NCBI GenBank assembly: GCA_017538865.1
Contig: JAFYIA010000029.1
Span: 1 to 31,411, forward strand
DNA: 31,411 nucleotides
Direction of reading: 5' to 3'
Source of the DNA: Aeriscardovia sp.
Lineage (GTDB): Bacteria; Actinomycetota; Actinomycetes; Actinomycetales; Bifidobacteriaceae
In this document: one piece after another, positions 6,797 to 16,602 of the stretch
Layout of the letters: each line of letters starts with the position of its first letter
Position numbering within the stretch: position 1 is the stretch's first letter
Notes under the pieces: generated by a model
What the model saw: the letters and a program-made list of their open reading frames with translations, nothing else
What the model was told of the DNA's origin: nothing
The model's database searches: none
Position numbers and translations under genes: made by a program

Positions 6797-7351
6797 TCAG
6801 ACGGTGAGAATTTCTTTTTCTTTCACTTCCGCCATAGAGTCTATCTCGTCCGTGAATTTCTTTGTGAGCTTGTCGAGCTCTGAAAAGATCCGGTCCTGAT
6901 CGTCTTCGGTGATTTGGCCGCTCTTCGCCTCGGCCTCGACCTCTTCCCTGGCCTTGCGGCGGATGTTGCGCACGGCAATCTTGGCGTCCTCGGCCTTCTG
7001 CTTGGCGAGCTTTACGTACTCCTTGCGCCTCTCCTCGGTGAGGGCCGGAAGCGCCACCCTTATGACGTTCCCGTCGCGGGAGGGGTTTACCCCGAGGTCG
7101 CAATCCCTGAGGGCCTTTTCCACAGCGCTGATTTGGGACACGTCGAACGGGCTTATGGCCAAAGACCTCGTATCCGGGGCGGTGATTGCGGCCAGGTTCC
7201 TGAGGGGGGTGGGGGCCCCGTAGTAGTTCACAACTATCCCTTCCACCAGCGCCGGATTGGCCCTCCCGGTGCGGATGGACTGGAAGGCTTCTTTAAGCGA
7301 ATCCAAAGACTTGCCCATGAGGGTCTTAGGTTCAGTCAAACTATCGTCCAT
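6797..7351 (-). CDS. frr: Ribosome recycling factor
   Basis: SIRTGRANPALV, YYGAPTPL, PALTEERRKEYVK, AKIAVRNIRR. Confidence 0.98.
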   Translation of the reverse strand: MDDSLTEPKTLMGKSLDSLKEAFQSIRTGRANPALVEGIVVNYYGAPTPLRNLAAITAPDTRSLAISPFDVSQISAVEKALRDCDLGVNPSRDGNVIRVALPALTEERRKEYVKLAKQKAEDAKIAVRNIRRKAREEVEAEAKSGQITEDDQDRIFSELDKLTKKFTDEIDSMAEVKEKEILTV

Positions 7352-7425
7352 ATCCTTGCTTTCTGTGCCCGTTTTCTCTTTCGCCTCTAATTCTATATCA
7401 GCTCCCTATAGGGCCGCATCGGCTT

Positions 7426-8151
7426 TCACTCGGCCATCCGGGTCTGGCAGTCCCCGACGAGCGTGCCGAGCTTCTCGCCCAAAAGCACCCTTTCCACGGC
7501 GTCGGAGGAGTCCAGCCCGAAGACCCTTATGGGCATGGAATTGTCCCGGGCGAGGGAGAGGGCCGCGGTGTCCATGACGGCGAGGTTGTCTACGAGCGCC
7601 CTCTGGTAGGAAAGGGCGGAGAACTTTTTGGCCTCGGGATTCTTCCTGGGGTCCGAAGTATAGACGCCGTCAACGCCGTTTTTGCCCATCACAACTTCCC
7701 CGCATCCCAGTTCCAGGGCCCTTTGGACGGCCACGGTGTCAGTGGAAAAATAGGGCATGCCGGCCCCGGCGCCCAAAATGACTACCCTCCCCTTTTCCAA
7801 GTGCCTTATGGCCTTCAGGGGGATGTAGGGCTCGGCCACCTGGGTCATGGTAATGGCGGTCTGCACCCTGACGCTCTGCCCCTCCTGCTCCAAAATGTCG
7901 GCGAGGGCGAGACAGTTCATCACCGTCCCCAGCATCCCTATGTAGTCCGCCCGGGATCTGTCGAAGCCGGCCTCCGAAAGCTCCTTGCCCCTGAAGAAGT
8001 TCCCTCCGCCGGCCACGATGGTCACCTGGACCCCCCGGTCGGAAGCGGCCTTCACCTCTTTGGCCAGGTGGCGCAGGATTTGCACGTCCATCCCCACTTT
8101 GCCCCCGCCCAAAGATTCTCCTGAAAGCTTCAAAAGCACCCGCTTTGCCAC
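7426..8151 (-). CDS. pyrH: UMP kinase
   Basis: [52 protein letters not shown]. Start placed at GTG 8151 after a GGAGG RBS rather than at 8169. Confidence 0.97.
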   Translation of the reverse strand: MAKRVLLKLSGESLGGGKVGMDVQILRHLAKEVKAASDRGVQVTIVAGGGNFFRGKELSEAGFDRSRADYIGMLGTVMNCLALADILEQEGQSVRVQTAITMTQVAEPYIPLKAIRHLEKGRVVILGAGAGMPYFSTDTVAVQRALELGCGEVVMGKNGVDGVYTSDPRKNPEAKKFSALSYQRALVDNLAVMDTAALSLARDNSMPIRVFGLDSSDAVERVLLGEKLGTLVGDCQTRMAE

Positions 8152-8167
8152 GTTTCCTCCTAACCTC

Positions 8168-8197
8168 AAAAAAAAGGGGGGGACTTTTTGTCCCCCC
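8168..8197 (-). terminator. Intrinsic terminator after tsf
   Basis: Minus strand: GGGGGGAC-AAAAA-GTCCCCCC followed by C and 8 T. Confidence 0.85.
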
Positions 8198-8208
8198 GGG
8201 CCCGGGTT

Positions 8209-9084
8209 CTACTCCTGGGCCTCGCCCTGGCTCTCCTCTTCGCCCTTGCCCACTTCGATCCTCAGGAAGGAAGTGATGGCGCCGCCCGCCTCCTTGGCGA
8301 GCTGGCCTATGGTCTTGGAGGGATCTTTTACGTACTTTTGATCCAAAAGCACGGTCTCTTCATAGAAGGACTTGATCCTGCCCTGGACGATCTTGCCTAT
8401 GATGCCTTCGGGCTTGCCCTCCTGGCGGGCCTTGCCTTCCGCGATCCTGCTCTCGCTCTCTATCACGTCCGCAGGGACGTCGCCTTCGCTGAGCCAGAAC
8501 GGGGACATCGCGGAGACCTGCAGGGCCACGTCGTGGGCGATCTTCTCCGCGGCTTCGTCGGTGGCGACCAGCGCCACTATGGAGGGCGGAAACTCGGCGG
8601 ACTTCTTGTGCGCGTAGAGGTTGACTTCCTCGCCCTCTACTCTGCCCACCTGGCCGAGCTTGATGTTCTCCTTGAAGAGGGCGGCGGCGGAGTCGATTAT
8701 CTCCTTTACGGACTCTTTTTAGCCCTTGGCCTCGAGGAGCTGCACGCGGTCGGAGGCCTTGGTTTCGACGGCGATGTCCAAAAGCCTCTCGGCGTAGGCG
8801 ACGAACTGGGGGGTCTTGGCCACAAAATCGGTCTCAGTGTTGAGCTCGATGGCGGAGCCCACTGTCTTGCCGCCTTCGTCCACGATCTTGGCGAGGGCGA
8901 GGCCTTCCTGGGCCTTCCTTCCCTCCCTCTTTCCGGCTGCCTGGACGCCCTTTTCCCTGAGGATTTCTTTGGCCCTGTCGACGTCCCCCTCGGCTTCCTC
9001 GAGGGCCTTCTTCACGTCCACCATTCCGGCTCCGGTGTCGGAGCGGACCTTCTTTATGAGATCCAGCGATATCTTTTTAGCCAT
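8209..9084 (-). pseudogene. tsf: Translation elongation factor Ts, full length (291 codons) but interrupted by one in-frame TAA at 8719-8721; may be a consensus error rather than a true pseudogene
   Basis: ORFs 8719..9084 and 8209..8649 are in the same frame: ...LLEAKG*KESVKEIIDSAAALFKENIKLGQVGRVEG... The N half has TGAGMVDVKKAL and ELNTETDFVAK; the C half has HDVALQVSAM and EETVLLDQ. Confidence 0.93.
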
Positions 9085-9090
9085 ATGAAC

Positions 9091-9870
9091 CTACTTAGTT
9101 TCTTGTCCCTGGAGGAGGTCCGTCTCCCATTCCGCCAGAGGCTGGGAGGCGTCCTTCTCGGAGCCCTTGCCGCGGCCGCCCTGCAGCAGCCCTTCGGCCA
9201 CGGCGTCGGCCATGAGGGTGGTCAGGAGCGTGATGCTGCTTATAGAGTCGTCGTTGGCGGGGATGGGGTAGTCGATCTTGTCGGGATCGGAGTTGGTGTC
9301 CGCGAGGGCCACGACGGGGATGTGGAGCTTCCTGGCCTCGTCGACCGCGAGGGCCTCCTTGTTGGTGTCCACTACGAACAGTGCCTGCGGGAGGCGGTTC
9401 ATGTCCCTGATGCCGCCCAATTCCTTTACGAGCTTGTTCTTCTCCCTCTCGAGGAGCAGGAGCTCCTTCTTGGTGAGCCCGGAGGCGCGGAGCTCGTCAA
9501 AGTCCATGTCCTCGAGCTCCTTCATGCGGGCGACCCTCTTGCTCACGGTCTGGAAGTTGGTGAGCATTCCGCCCAGCCAGCGGTCGGAGACGTAGGGCAT
9601 GCCCACCCTGGAGGCCTGCTTCTCTATCACGGGGGCGGACTGCTTCTTGGTGCCCACGAAGAGCACGGTGCCGCCCTTGGAGGCCATCTTCTTCAAGAAC
9701 GCGTAGGCCTGGTTTATCCCGTCTATGGTCTTGAAGAGGTTGATGATGTTTATCCCGCCCTCCTGCATGAGGATGAACGGCTTCATCTTGGGGTTCCACC
9801 GGGATGTCTGGTGACCGAACTGCACGCCCGCTTCCAAAAGCTGGGTGGCAGTGACTTTTACCTCTGCCAT
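9091..9870 (-). CDS. rpsB: 30S ribosomal protein S2
   Basis: [52 protein letters not shown]. Start placed at ATG 9870 after AGGAGG. Confidence 0.98.
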   Translation of the reverse strand: MAEVKVTATQLLEAGVQFGHQTSRWNPKMKPFILMQEGGINIINLFKTIDGINQAYAFLKKMASKGGTVLFVGTKKQSAPVIEKQASRVGMPYVSDRWLGGMLTNFQTVSKRVARMKELEDMDFDELRASGLTKKELLLLEREKNKLVKELGGIRDMNRLPQALFVVDTNKEALAVDEARKLHIPVVALADTNSDPDKIDYPIPANDDSISSITLLTTLMADAVAEGLLQGGRGKGSEKDASQPLAEWETDLLQGQETK

Positions 9871-9886
9871 GAGGTCCTCCTGATTC

Positions 9887-9953
9887 TGTCGGTTTGATCC
9901 ATGGCATCTAAGCGCGGAAGGCCCGACCGACAAAGATTGCCGCCCGCCATGGA
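9887..9953 (-). ncRNA. Putative structured rpsB 5' leader (S2 autoregulatory element candidate)
   Basis: Two interleaved inverted-repeat pairs: 9946-9953 with 9898-9905 (8 bp) and 9926-9932 with 9887-9893 (7 bp), ending just before the SD. Confidence 0.45.
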
Positions 9954-9998
9954 GAAAAAGCTTTTTCCCACCCGCGGCAAGGGGGGAAGTCCAATAAG

Positions 9999-10007
9999 AT
10001 TCTAGCA
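9999..10007 (-). promoter_or_regulatory. Extended -10 promoter for rpsB-tsf
   Basis: Minus-strand TGCTAGAAT directly after the def stop codon. Confidence 0.55.
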
Positions 10008-10011
10008 AGCG

Positions 10012-10491
10012 CTAGATATTTCTTATGGCCTTTTGGGCCTTGGCGCGCTCTTTGCCCTGAAGCCTGTCGGTGAAAAGGCGCCCGTCCAAGTGGTCGCACT
10101 CGTGCTGGATCATCCTCGCCATGAGGCCCTTGCCTTCCACCACCACCTTCTTTCCGTCCAGGTCTATCCCTTCGGCGCGCGCAAAGGAGCTCCTCTGCAG
10201 GGAGAACCACAGGCCGGGGAGGGACAGGCACCCCTCCTCCCCGTCCTGCTGGCCCGACTTGTAGGTGAGGCGGGGGTTTATGACGTATCCGAGCTTCCCC
10301 CCCACGTTGTAGGTGAAGATGCGCAAAAGCACCCCCACCTGGTTCGCGCTCAGCCCCGCCCGCCCCGGGTCGTCCACGGTCTCGAGCATGTCTGTGACCA
10401 GATCCCTCACGCTATCGTCTATCCTTTCCACTTCCTCGCACTTGGTGCGAAGTACCGGATCGGGGACGGTGTTGATAGTCAGCAAAGCCAA
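10012..10491 (-). CDS. def: Peptide deformylase
   Basis: Motifs [19 protein letters not shown]. Start placed at TTG 10491 after AAGGAGG. Confidence 0.97.
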   Translation of the reverse strand: MALLTINTVPDPVLRTKCEEVERIDDSVRDLVTDMLETVDDPGRAGLSANQVGVLLRIFTYNVGGKLGYVINPRLTYKSGQQDGEEGCLSLPGLWFSLQRSSFARAEGIDLDGKKVVVEGKGLMARMIQHECDHLDGRLFTDRLQGKERAKAQKAIRNI

Positions 10492-10537
10492 AATTGCCTC
10501 CTTGCCTTCCAAAATGCGAATGCCCAAACCCTTCCGA

Positions 10538-10565
10538 TTGTCAAAAGGGAAAAACCAGGTACAAT
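10538..10565 (+). promoter_or_regulatory. Promoter of tRNA-Asn
   Basis: TTGTCA (10538-10543), 16 nt, TACAAT (10560-10565), 11 nt before the tRNA. Confidence 0.7.
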
Positions 10566-10576
10566 AGTACATGTAT

Positions 10577-10649
10577 TCCCGCGTAGCTCAGTTGGCAGAG
10601 CGTTCGACTGTTAATCGAAAAGTCGCCGGTTCAAGTCCAGCCGCGGGAG
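10577..10649 (+). tRNA. tRNA-Asn (GTT), CCA not encoded
   Basis: Acceptor TCCCGCG/CGCGGGA+G, D arm TAGCTCAGTTGGCAGAGC, anticodon stem TTCGA/TCGAA with loop CT-GTT-AA, T loop GGTTCAAGTCC. Confidence 0.98.
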
Positions 10650-10655
10650 CGGAGT

Positions 10656-10679
10656 CCGCGCCAAGGCGCGGTTTTTTTT
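10656..10679 (+). terminator. Intrinsic terminator after tRNA-Asn
   Basis: CCGCGC-CAAG-GCGCGG followed by 8 T. Confidence 0.88.
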
Positions 10680-10682
10680 ATT

Positions 10683-11999
10683 TTACAGGCCCGCCTGAGT
10701 CGGGGACACCAGGCCCGTCTCTATCAAAATCCGCTTGAAGTTGTTCTCGTCCACCGCCACTGCCCCCACGGCTTTGGGGAAGGGCTTTTCCCCCGATTCT
10801 TCCTTCATACAGGAGGCGGCCACGGCGGAGGCGAAAGAGGACCTGTCCACCATGCCCGTAGACCACTCGCGGGCGTTCACGACGCTTGAAAGCGAGGAAG
10901 AAAGGGCCCCGAACCCTATCAGGATGGGCCAGCTCTGGGCCTTCCTCTCCTTTACCAGGGCTTTCGCCACCTCCTCTTTCGCCTTTTCCCCCATGTCTTC
11001 GGCAGGGGCGGGGGGCTCTTCTTTTGCCACACTCTCCTGGGAGCTTCCCTGCGACAGGGAAGTGTCTGCATCGGCCACGGTGCCCTGGTAACCCAGATCC
11101 TTCAAGACTCCCCCCACCTGGGAGGCGACAAAGTCGTTCGAGGCCAGGATGGCGCCGATATTGGGCAGAAGCGATCGGCTTGGAGGAGTTTTGAGGGGAG
11201 AGAGCGCGACATTTTCCTTTTCCCTGGCCTGGGAAACGACTTTTTTAAACGCCGCCTCGATTGAAGCCTTGCTAGAGGCGTCTATCAAAAGGTCTTGCCA
11301 GTTTTGGCCGTCCCATGCGGGGTCCCAGACGAGCCTCTTTTCAAAGTAGGGGGAAAGCTCGGACCACATCCCTTCAAAAAGCTCGTGGCCGTCCTGAAGG
11401 CTGGAGGGCGAGGAGGGATCGAAGGGGATGAGGATGAGGACCGGGAAAGGCGTTACTGAGGTCAGCCTGTAGTTTTTGATCTTTTCCAAGAGGGAAGAGG
11501 CTTCGAGCCGGCCCACATCGTACATCGAGGGCAGCGGGACGGAGACTGCCGCTCCGGGCAGGGTGGTGACGAAGGCCGCGCGCGTAGAGGAGAGGGCGCG
11601 CGAAAGGGACGGGTCAGGGGAAGGCGAGAGGAGGTTTCCAAATTCCTGCCTCACCGCCCCGGCCTTTTCGGCCGGAAGGGCTACAACTATATCCCCCTTT
11701 TTGGCCTTGCCGAGGGCTTCTGCTTCCCCTTGGGAATCTACCGCATCTATGCTCAGGCTCTGCTCCGGCATGCCGTCCTTTTCTAGGTCCGCTTCAATGG
11801 CCTTGCCCACGCTCTGCCAGCTGTTTATGGGGGAAAACTGGTTCTGCCAGGAAGGGATGAGGATGGACACGGGCTTGTCAGGCTTTATGGAGTGAGCCGA
11901 AAGGGGCTTTACAGGCTTTGCCTGGCCGCAGCCTGCGAGCGCCAAAACGCAGGATGCGATTAGGACCGGGCCGCCCTTCTTCAGCCATCCGTGAGCCAT
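10683..11999 (-). CDS. Lipoprotein, probable divergent solute-binding protein (periplasmic binding protein fold)
   Basis: Signal peptide with lipobox VLALAG-C24. ILASNDFVASQV and WPILIGFGA...VVNAREWSTGMVD resemble C-terminal segments of sugar-binding proteins. No permease or ATPase gene adjacent. Confidence 0.65.
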   Translation of the reverse strand: MAHGWLKKGGPVLIASCVLALAGCGQAKPVKPLSAHSIKPDKPVSILIPSWQNQFSPINSWQSVGKAIEADLEKDGMPEQSLSIDAVDSQGEAEALGKAKKGDIVVALPAEKAGAVRQEFGNLLSPSPDPSLSRALSSTRAAFVTTLPGAAVSVPLPSMYDVGRLEASSLLEKIKNYRLTSVTPFPVLILIPFDPSSPSSLQDGHELFEGMWSELSPYFEKRLVWDPAWDGQNWQDLLIDASSKASIEAAFKKVVSQAREKENVALSPLKTPPSRSLLPNIGAILASNDFVASQVGGVLKDLGYQGTVADADTSLSQGSSQESVAKEEPPAPAEDMGEKAKEEVAKALVKERKAQSWPILIGFGALSSSLSSVVNAREWSTGMVDRSSFASAVAASCMKEESGEKPFPKAVGAVAVDENNFKRILIETGLVSPTQAGL

Positions 12000-12103
12000 T
12001 TGTAAGAAGCTTTCCTCGAGAAATGTTAATTTGAGCTCTGCAGGGTCTAATATTATTAGAAATCAAACGCTACTTCATCTTATCGGCTTTGTCGGGAGGT
12101 TTA

Positions 12104-13909
12104 ATGAAAAAAGAGAGCGCCTCACCCCTGGTGTACGAGACGTCTCCGGAAGACAACCTGTTTTCCATCCTGCAAAAGCGCGCCGGGTCCTCGCCCGACG
12201 GGGAGCTTGTAAAGTACAAAGACGATGGCGGCCAGTGGCGGTCCTTCTCGGCCGGGGAGTTTTTGGATCTTTCCAAGCTCTTAGCCAAAGGCTTCATGGC
12301 CCAGGGGTTCAAGAAGGGGGACGCCGTGGCGATCCTCTCCTCCACCAGGTGGGAGTGGACGGCTTTCGACTTTGCAGCATTGAGCCTTGGAATGGTGGTC
12401 GTCCCCATATACCAGACCGACTCCCCCCACCAGATCAAGGCGATTTTGGATGGCACGGGCGCCAGGATTGCGATAGCCGAAGACGGGGGGCAGAAAGAAA
12501 AGCTGGAAGAGGCGAAAAAGGGGGGCTCCCCCCTGGAATCGGTGTGGCTCCTGGACGAAGGGGCCGTGGCCACCTTCTGCGAGCTCGGCAAGGCCGTAGG
12601 CGACGGGGCGTGGGAGGAAGCGGCTTCAAAGGTGGCGGCAAAGGACCTGGCCACAATCGTCTACACTTCCGGCTCCACCGGAATCCCCAAAGGGGTGGAG
12701 CTCACGCACGGGATGCTGTGCTGCAACGCCTACAGCATCTGCATGACCGTCCCGCAGATCTGCTACCAAGAAGGGGGATGCTACCTCTGCTTCCTCCCCC
12801 TGGCCCACATTTTCGCCAGAGCCATGCAGTTCGCCGTCACGGCCTGCACTATGACCCTCGCGCTCGAGGGGGATACAAAGACCCTTCTGGAGGACTTCAG
12901 GAAGGTCAACCCCACCCTAATCCTAGGGGTGCCCAGGGTGTTTGAGAAAATCTACAACGCTTCCACCCAGAAGGCGGCAGGGGGGCTGAGCGGAAAAACC
13001 TTCAAAAAGGCGGTCATGGCGGCCAAAGAGTGGTCAAGGCGGCAACAGGAAAAGAGCCCCATGCCCTCGATGGTGGAGTATAAAAAAAGGCTCTACTCCA
13101 AGCTCGTATACAAAAAGATTTTGAAGGCGATGGGCTCTAAGGCGAGCTTTGCCGTGACGGGCGGGGCGCCCATAGACAAGAGCCTGGCGGCCTTTTACAA
13201 CGGAATGGGCCTCCCGCTCCTCGAGGGGTACGGGCTCACCGAAACCTGCCCGTGCACCCTCAACCCCGTGGAGGGCTACAAGGTGGGGAGCGTGGGCAGG
13301 CCCGTAGCCTCCTGCCGCGTGGCCATAAGCGACGAGGGCGAAATCCTCGTAAAGGGCCCCACGGTCTTCAGGGGATATTTAAACGACCCGGATCTCACGA
13401 AAAAAGCCCTGGACGAAGAGGGCTGGTTCCACACGGGGGACCTTGGCGACATCGACGACGACGGGTTCTTGTACGTGACGGGGAGGATAAAGGAGCTGAT
13501 AATAACCGCCGGCGGGAAGAACGTGTCCCCGGCGGTGCTGGAAACGGCCCTAAAGACTTGTCCGCTGGTGTCAGAATGCGCCCTCATAGGGGACAGACGC
13601 CCCTTCGTCTCGGCGCTTATAACCCTGGACCTGGGGGCCGTAAACGCGTTCTTGGAAAGCCGCCGCCTTCCGCCTGCGGCCGGGCTTAAGGAAGCTGCTC
13701 AAAACCCCCTCGTCTACAACCGCATCCTGCGGGCGGTGGACGAGGCGAACCAGAAGGTGTCCAGGGCGGAATCCATCAGAAAGTTCGTGATTTTGGACTC
13801 CGAGTTCACGGTGGAAAACGGCCTCTTGACCCCGTCTTTGAAGATCCGCAGGGATGCCATAGCCAAGAGGTTCAAGGGAGAGATAGAGAAGAAAATCTAC
13901 TCCAAGTAG
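12104..13909 (+). CDS. Long-chain-fatty-acid--CoA ligase (AMP-dependent synthetase, FadD-like)
   Basis: TIVYTSGSTGIPKG, LPLAH, EGYGLTET, GWFHTGDLG, GRIKELIITAGGKNVSP. Start placed at ATG 12104 after GGGAGG. Confidence 0.93.
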   Translation: MKKESASPLVYETSPEDNLFSILQKRAGSSPDGELVKYKDDGGQWRSFSAGEFLDLSKLLAKGFMAQGFKKGDAVAILSSTRWEWTAFDFAALSLGMVVVPIYQTDSPHQIKAILDGTGARIAIAEDGGQKEKLEEAKKGGSPLESVWLLDEGAVATFCELGKAVGDGAWEEAASKVAAKDLATIVYTSGSTGIPKGVELTHGMLCCNAYSICMTVPQICYQEGGCYLCFLPLAHIFARAMQFAVTACTMTLALEGDTKTLLEDFRKVNPTLILGVPRVFEKIYNASTQKAAGGLSGKTFKKAVMAAKEWSRRQQEKSPMPSMVEYKKRLYSKLVYKKILKAMGSKASFAVTGGAPIDKSLAAFYNGMGLPLLEGYGLTETCPCTLNPVEGYKVGSVGRPVASCRVAISDEGEILVKGPTVFRGYLNDPDLTKKALDEEGWFHTGDLGDIDDDGFLYVTGRIKELIITAGGKNVSPAVLETALKTCPLVSECALIGDRRPFVSALITLDLGAVNAFLESRRLPPAAGLKEAAQNPLVYNRILRAVDEANQKVSRAESIRKFVILDSEFTVENGLLTPSLKIRRDAIAKRFKGEIEKKIYSK

Positions 13910-14533
13910 CTATTTGCGCCTCTCGAGAACTTCGTCCACAATCCCGTAGTCCTTTGCCTGCTGGGCGGTGAGGATAGTGTCCAGCTCTATGTCCCTGCCG
14001 ATCTTTTCCTCGCTCTGCCCGGTGTGCTTGGCCAGGGTGGATTCAAGCCACTTGCGCATCCTCAGCATTTCCTTGGCCTGGATCTCTATCTCGCTGGCCT
14101 TCCCGAAGCTCTCTCCCATCGCGGGCTGGTGTATCAGCACCCTGGCGTTGGGCAAAATCAGGCGCTTCCCCTTGGCGCCGGCGGCCAGAATTACGGAGGC
14201 CGCGCTGGTAGCCTGCCCCAGGCACACTGTAGACACGTCAGGCTTCACGTACTGCATAGTGTCGTAGATCGCGGTCATGGCGGTCATGGACCCCCCGGGG
14301 GAGTTGATGTATATGGTGATGTCGCGGTCCGGATCCTGGCTCTCGAGGACCAGGAGCTGGGCCATGATGTCGTCGGCGCTGGCATCGTCCACCTGCACTC
14401 CCATGAAGATGATTCTCTCTTCAAAGAGCCTGGAGTAAGGATCGGCCCGCTTTATCCCGTAGGGAGTCCTCTCCTCAAATTCGGGGAGGATGTAGCGATC
14501 CTGAAAGCTGCTAAATCCCGTTAGGTTCTTCAT
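13910..14533 (-). CDS. clpP2: ATP-dependent Clp protease proteolytic subunit 2
   Basis: RYILPEFEERTPYG...[33 protein letters not shown]; second gene of a tandem pair. Confidence 0.95.
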   Translation of the reverse strand: MKNLTGFSSFQDRYILPEFEERTPYGIKRADPYSRLFEERIIFMGVQVDDASADDIMAQLLVLESQDPDRDITIYINSPGGSMTAMTAIYDTMQYVKPDVSTVCLGQATSAASVILAAGAKGKRLILPNARVLIHQPAMGESFGKASEIEIQAKEMLRMRKWLESTLAKHTGQSEEKIGRDIELDTILTAQQAKDYGIVDEVLERRK

Positions 14534-14535
14534 AG

Positions 14536-15126
14536 CTATCTTTCTAGGTTGTCAGGGGAGGAGATTATGTGATCCACGAACCCGTAGTCGAGGGCCTGCT
14601 GGGCGGTGAACCAGTGGTCGTAGGCGTTGTCTTCGTATATCTGCTCCACGCTCTTGCCCGTCTGCTTTGCAGTGATTTCCGACAGCGTCCTCTTCATGTC
14701 CATAATGAGCTCGGCATTTATGCGCACGTCCGTCTCAGTCCCCCCGATGCCGCCTGCGGGCTGGTGCATGAGCACCCTGGCGTGGGAAGTTATATACCGC
14801 TTCCCCTTGGCGCCGCTGGAAAGGAGGAACTGGCCCATGGAGGCCGCCATCCCGACTGCCACCGTGGCCACATCCGGAGCGACCAGCTGCATGGTGTCGT
14901 ATATGGCCATCCCGGCGGTGATGGACCCGCCGGGGGAGTTGATGTAGAGCCATATGTCCTGCTTGGGGTTCTGGTGGGCGAGCATCAGCATCTCTGCGCA
15001 GATGACGTTGGCGTTCTCGTCTTTGACTTCCCCTGCCAGCCAGATGATCCTGTTTTTAAGGAGCTGCCTGTAGATGGGATGCATCCCAGGGAGGGCTTCT
15101 TCATCGGATTCGTTTGCCTGTGTCAA
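14536..15126 (-). CDS. clpP1: ATP-dependent Clp protease proteolytic subunit 1
   Basis: [41 protein letters not shown]; TTG start after AGGAG. Confidence 0.95.
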   Translation of the reverse strand: MTQANESDEEALPGMHPIYRQLLKNRIIWLAGEVKDENANVICAEMLMLAHQNPKQDIWLYINSPGGSITAGMAIYDTMQLVAPDVATVAVGMAASMGQFLLSSGAKGKRYITSHARVLMHQPAGGIGGTETDVRINAELIMDMKRTLSEITAKQTGKSVEQIYEDNAYDHWFTAQQALDYGFVDHIISSPDNLER

Positions 15127-15134
15127 ATTGTCTC

Positions 15135-16559
15135 CTACTTGGATTTTGCAGAGCTCTTCTTAGCTTTAGAGGAAGGCTTCTTGGCGGAAGAGGCTTCCTG
15201 AGCTGCCTCATTGGCCTTCTTGGCGGCCATGGAGGCGGCGGCCATGGACTGGGCCTCGCCCGTGGCCTTCTTTTCCTCCGCCTCTTCCTCTTCGCTTCCG
15301 AGGTACTTGGAAAGATCTACAGCCTTGCCCTCCTGGTCGGTGAACTCGACCTTCTTCATCCCTTCCACCATGGCCTTCTGGTGGCGGGCGGTGTTCATGG
15401 TCTCTTCGAGCTGCCCGTTCCTTATCACCATGTTTATAAACTCCGGAAGGGGGATGTTGAACTGCTGGGCGGTGATTCCGAGGAAGCGGGTGACGTCGCC
15501 TTCGGTTATCTTGGTGTCAAGGTCGTCTGCGAGCTGGTCGAGGACGATCTGCTCTTTCATGGCGTCCCTGAGTTCTTCTGCGATCTTGGCCTTCTGGGCT
15601 TTGGTGATGTCTTTGCCGACCTTGGCCTCCTGCTCTTCCAGCAGGCTTTTAAGCATGTCCTCGGGGAGGGGGATCTCCACGCCCTCGAGGTAGTTTATGA
15701 AGGCGTCTTTGGCGACCTCGACTTCCTCGGCCCCCTTGCGGGCCTCGAGCTGCTTTGCGATGGCGGCCTTCAGCTCGTCCAAAGTGTCGAACTCGGAGGC
15801 TTCCTTCGCAAATTCGTCGTCGAGCTTGGGGAGCTCCTCCCTCTTCACGTCCTTCACCTTGATCTCGGCCCGAAGCTCCTTGCCCTTGTTCTCGCCGGAC
15901 TTGGGGGTGAAGGTGAAAGTGGCTTCTTCGCCCTTCCTCATCCCGCGCAGAGCCTTGTCGAGCCCGGGGATTTCAGAAGACCCCACCTTGTAGCTGGGCT
16001 CCCTCTTGGACTCTATTTCCTTGTCCCCGTCGAAGATCTTGAGGTCCATGTCGACGTAGTTTCCGGTCTTTATGAGGGCGGAAGTTTCCACGAGCGTGGA
16101 GTAGTTGTGCCTGAGCTTGTCGAGGGCTTCGGCCACCCCGTCCTCTTCGCTTTCGGGGGATTCGATCTTAATCTTGACCCCATCGAGTTCGGGGAGCTTC
16201 ACATCCGGCCTTACGACGATGTCGGCTTCAAAGGAAAGGCCCTCCTCCGGATTCTGGGGGAGTTCCTTTATCGTGAACTTGGGAGCGTCTATGGGGTGGA
16301 TTTCGTCCTTGTGCTCCTGGAGCGCCTTCTGATAGAAGTTCTTTACGATGCCGTCCAGGGCCCTCTCAAGGATGTAGCCGTAACCGACTTTGGCATCAAT
16401 CAGCTTCGCCGGCACGTGGCCCTTCCTGAATCCGGGAATAGAGATCCTGCGCGAGATAACGTCGCGCTCCTTGTTGATAAAGGGAGCCAGATCCTCCCCA
16501 GAAGCCGTTATGTCTAATTGGACTTTCGTAGGATCTAGCCGATTGATGGTAACTTTCAC
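15135..16559 (-). CDS. tig: Trigger factor
   Basis: Ribosome-binding signature [14 protein letters not shown]-like middle domain, [22 protein letters not shown]; upstream of the clpP pair. Confidence 0.96.
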   Translation of the reverse strand: MKVTINRLDPTKVQLDITASGEDLAPFINKERDVISRRISIPGFRKGHVPAKLIDAKVGYGYILERALDGIVKNFYQKALQEHKDEIHPIDAPKFTIKELPQNPEEGLSFEADIVVRPDVKLPELDGVKIKIESPESEEDGVAEALDKLRHNYSTLVETSALIKTGNYVDMDLKIFDGDKEIESKREPSYKVGSSEIPGLDKALRGMRKGEEATFTFTPKSGENKGKELRAEIKVKDVKREELPKLDDEFAKEASEFDTLDELKAAIAKQLEARKGAEEVEVAKDAFINYLEGVEIPLPEDMLKSLLEEQEAKVGKDITKAQKAKIAEELRDAMKEQIVLDQLADDLDTKITEGDVTRFLGITAQQFNIPLPEFINMVIRNGQLEETMNTARHQKAMVEGMKKVEFTDQEGKAVDLSKYLGSEEEEAEEKKATGEAQSMAAASMAAKKANEAAQEASSAKKPSSKAKKSSAKSK

Positions 16560-16602
16560 TGTCAGCTCCGTTTTCTTCTATTTATGACATAAGTCAAGGC
16601 AA

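Noticed and set aside
8168-8197. A8-G7 and C6 homopolymers as phase-variation tracts
   Set aside because: They form the stem and U-tract of the tsf terminator and are intergenic.
8209-8718. Programmed frameshift or natural two-gene split of EF-Ts
   Set aside because: Both parts are in the same frame, so there is no frameshift. The GTG at 8649 is too far from the AAGGAG motifs for a convincing restart, and 23 conserved codons would be skipped.
8188-9897. 569-aa plus-strand ORF spanning tsf and rpsB
   Set aside because: Antisense shadow of two highly expressed GC-biased genes. It has no RBS or motif and an Leu/Gly/Val/Ala-rich composition typical of reverse-strand frames.
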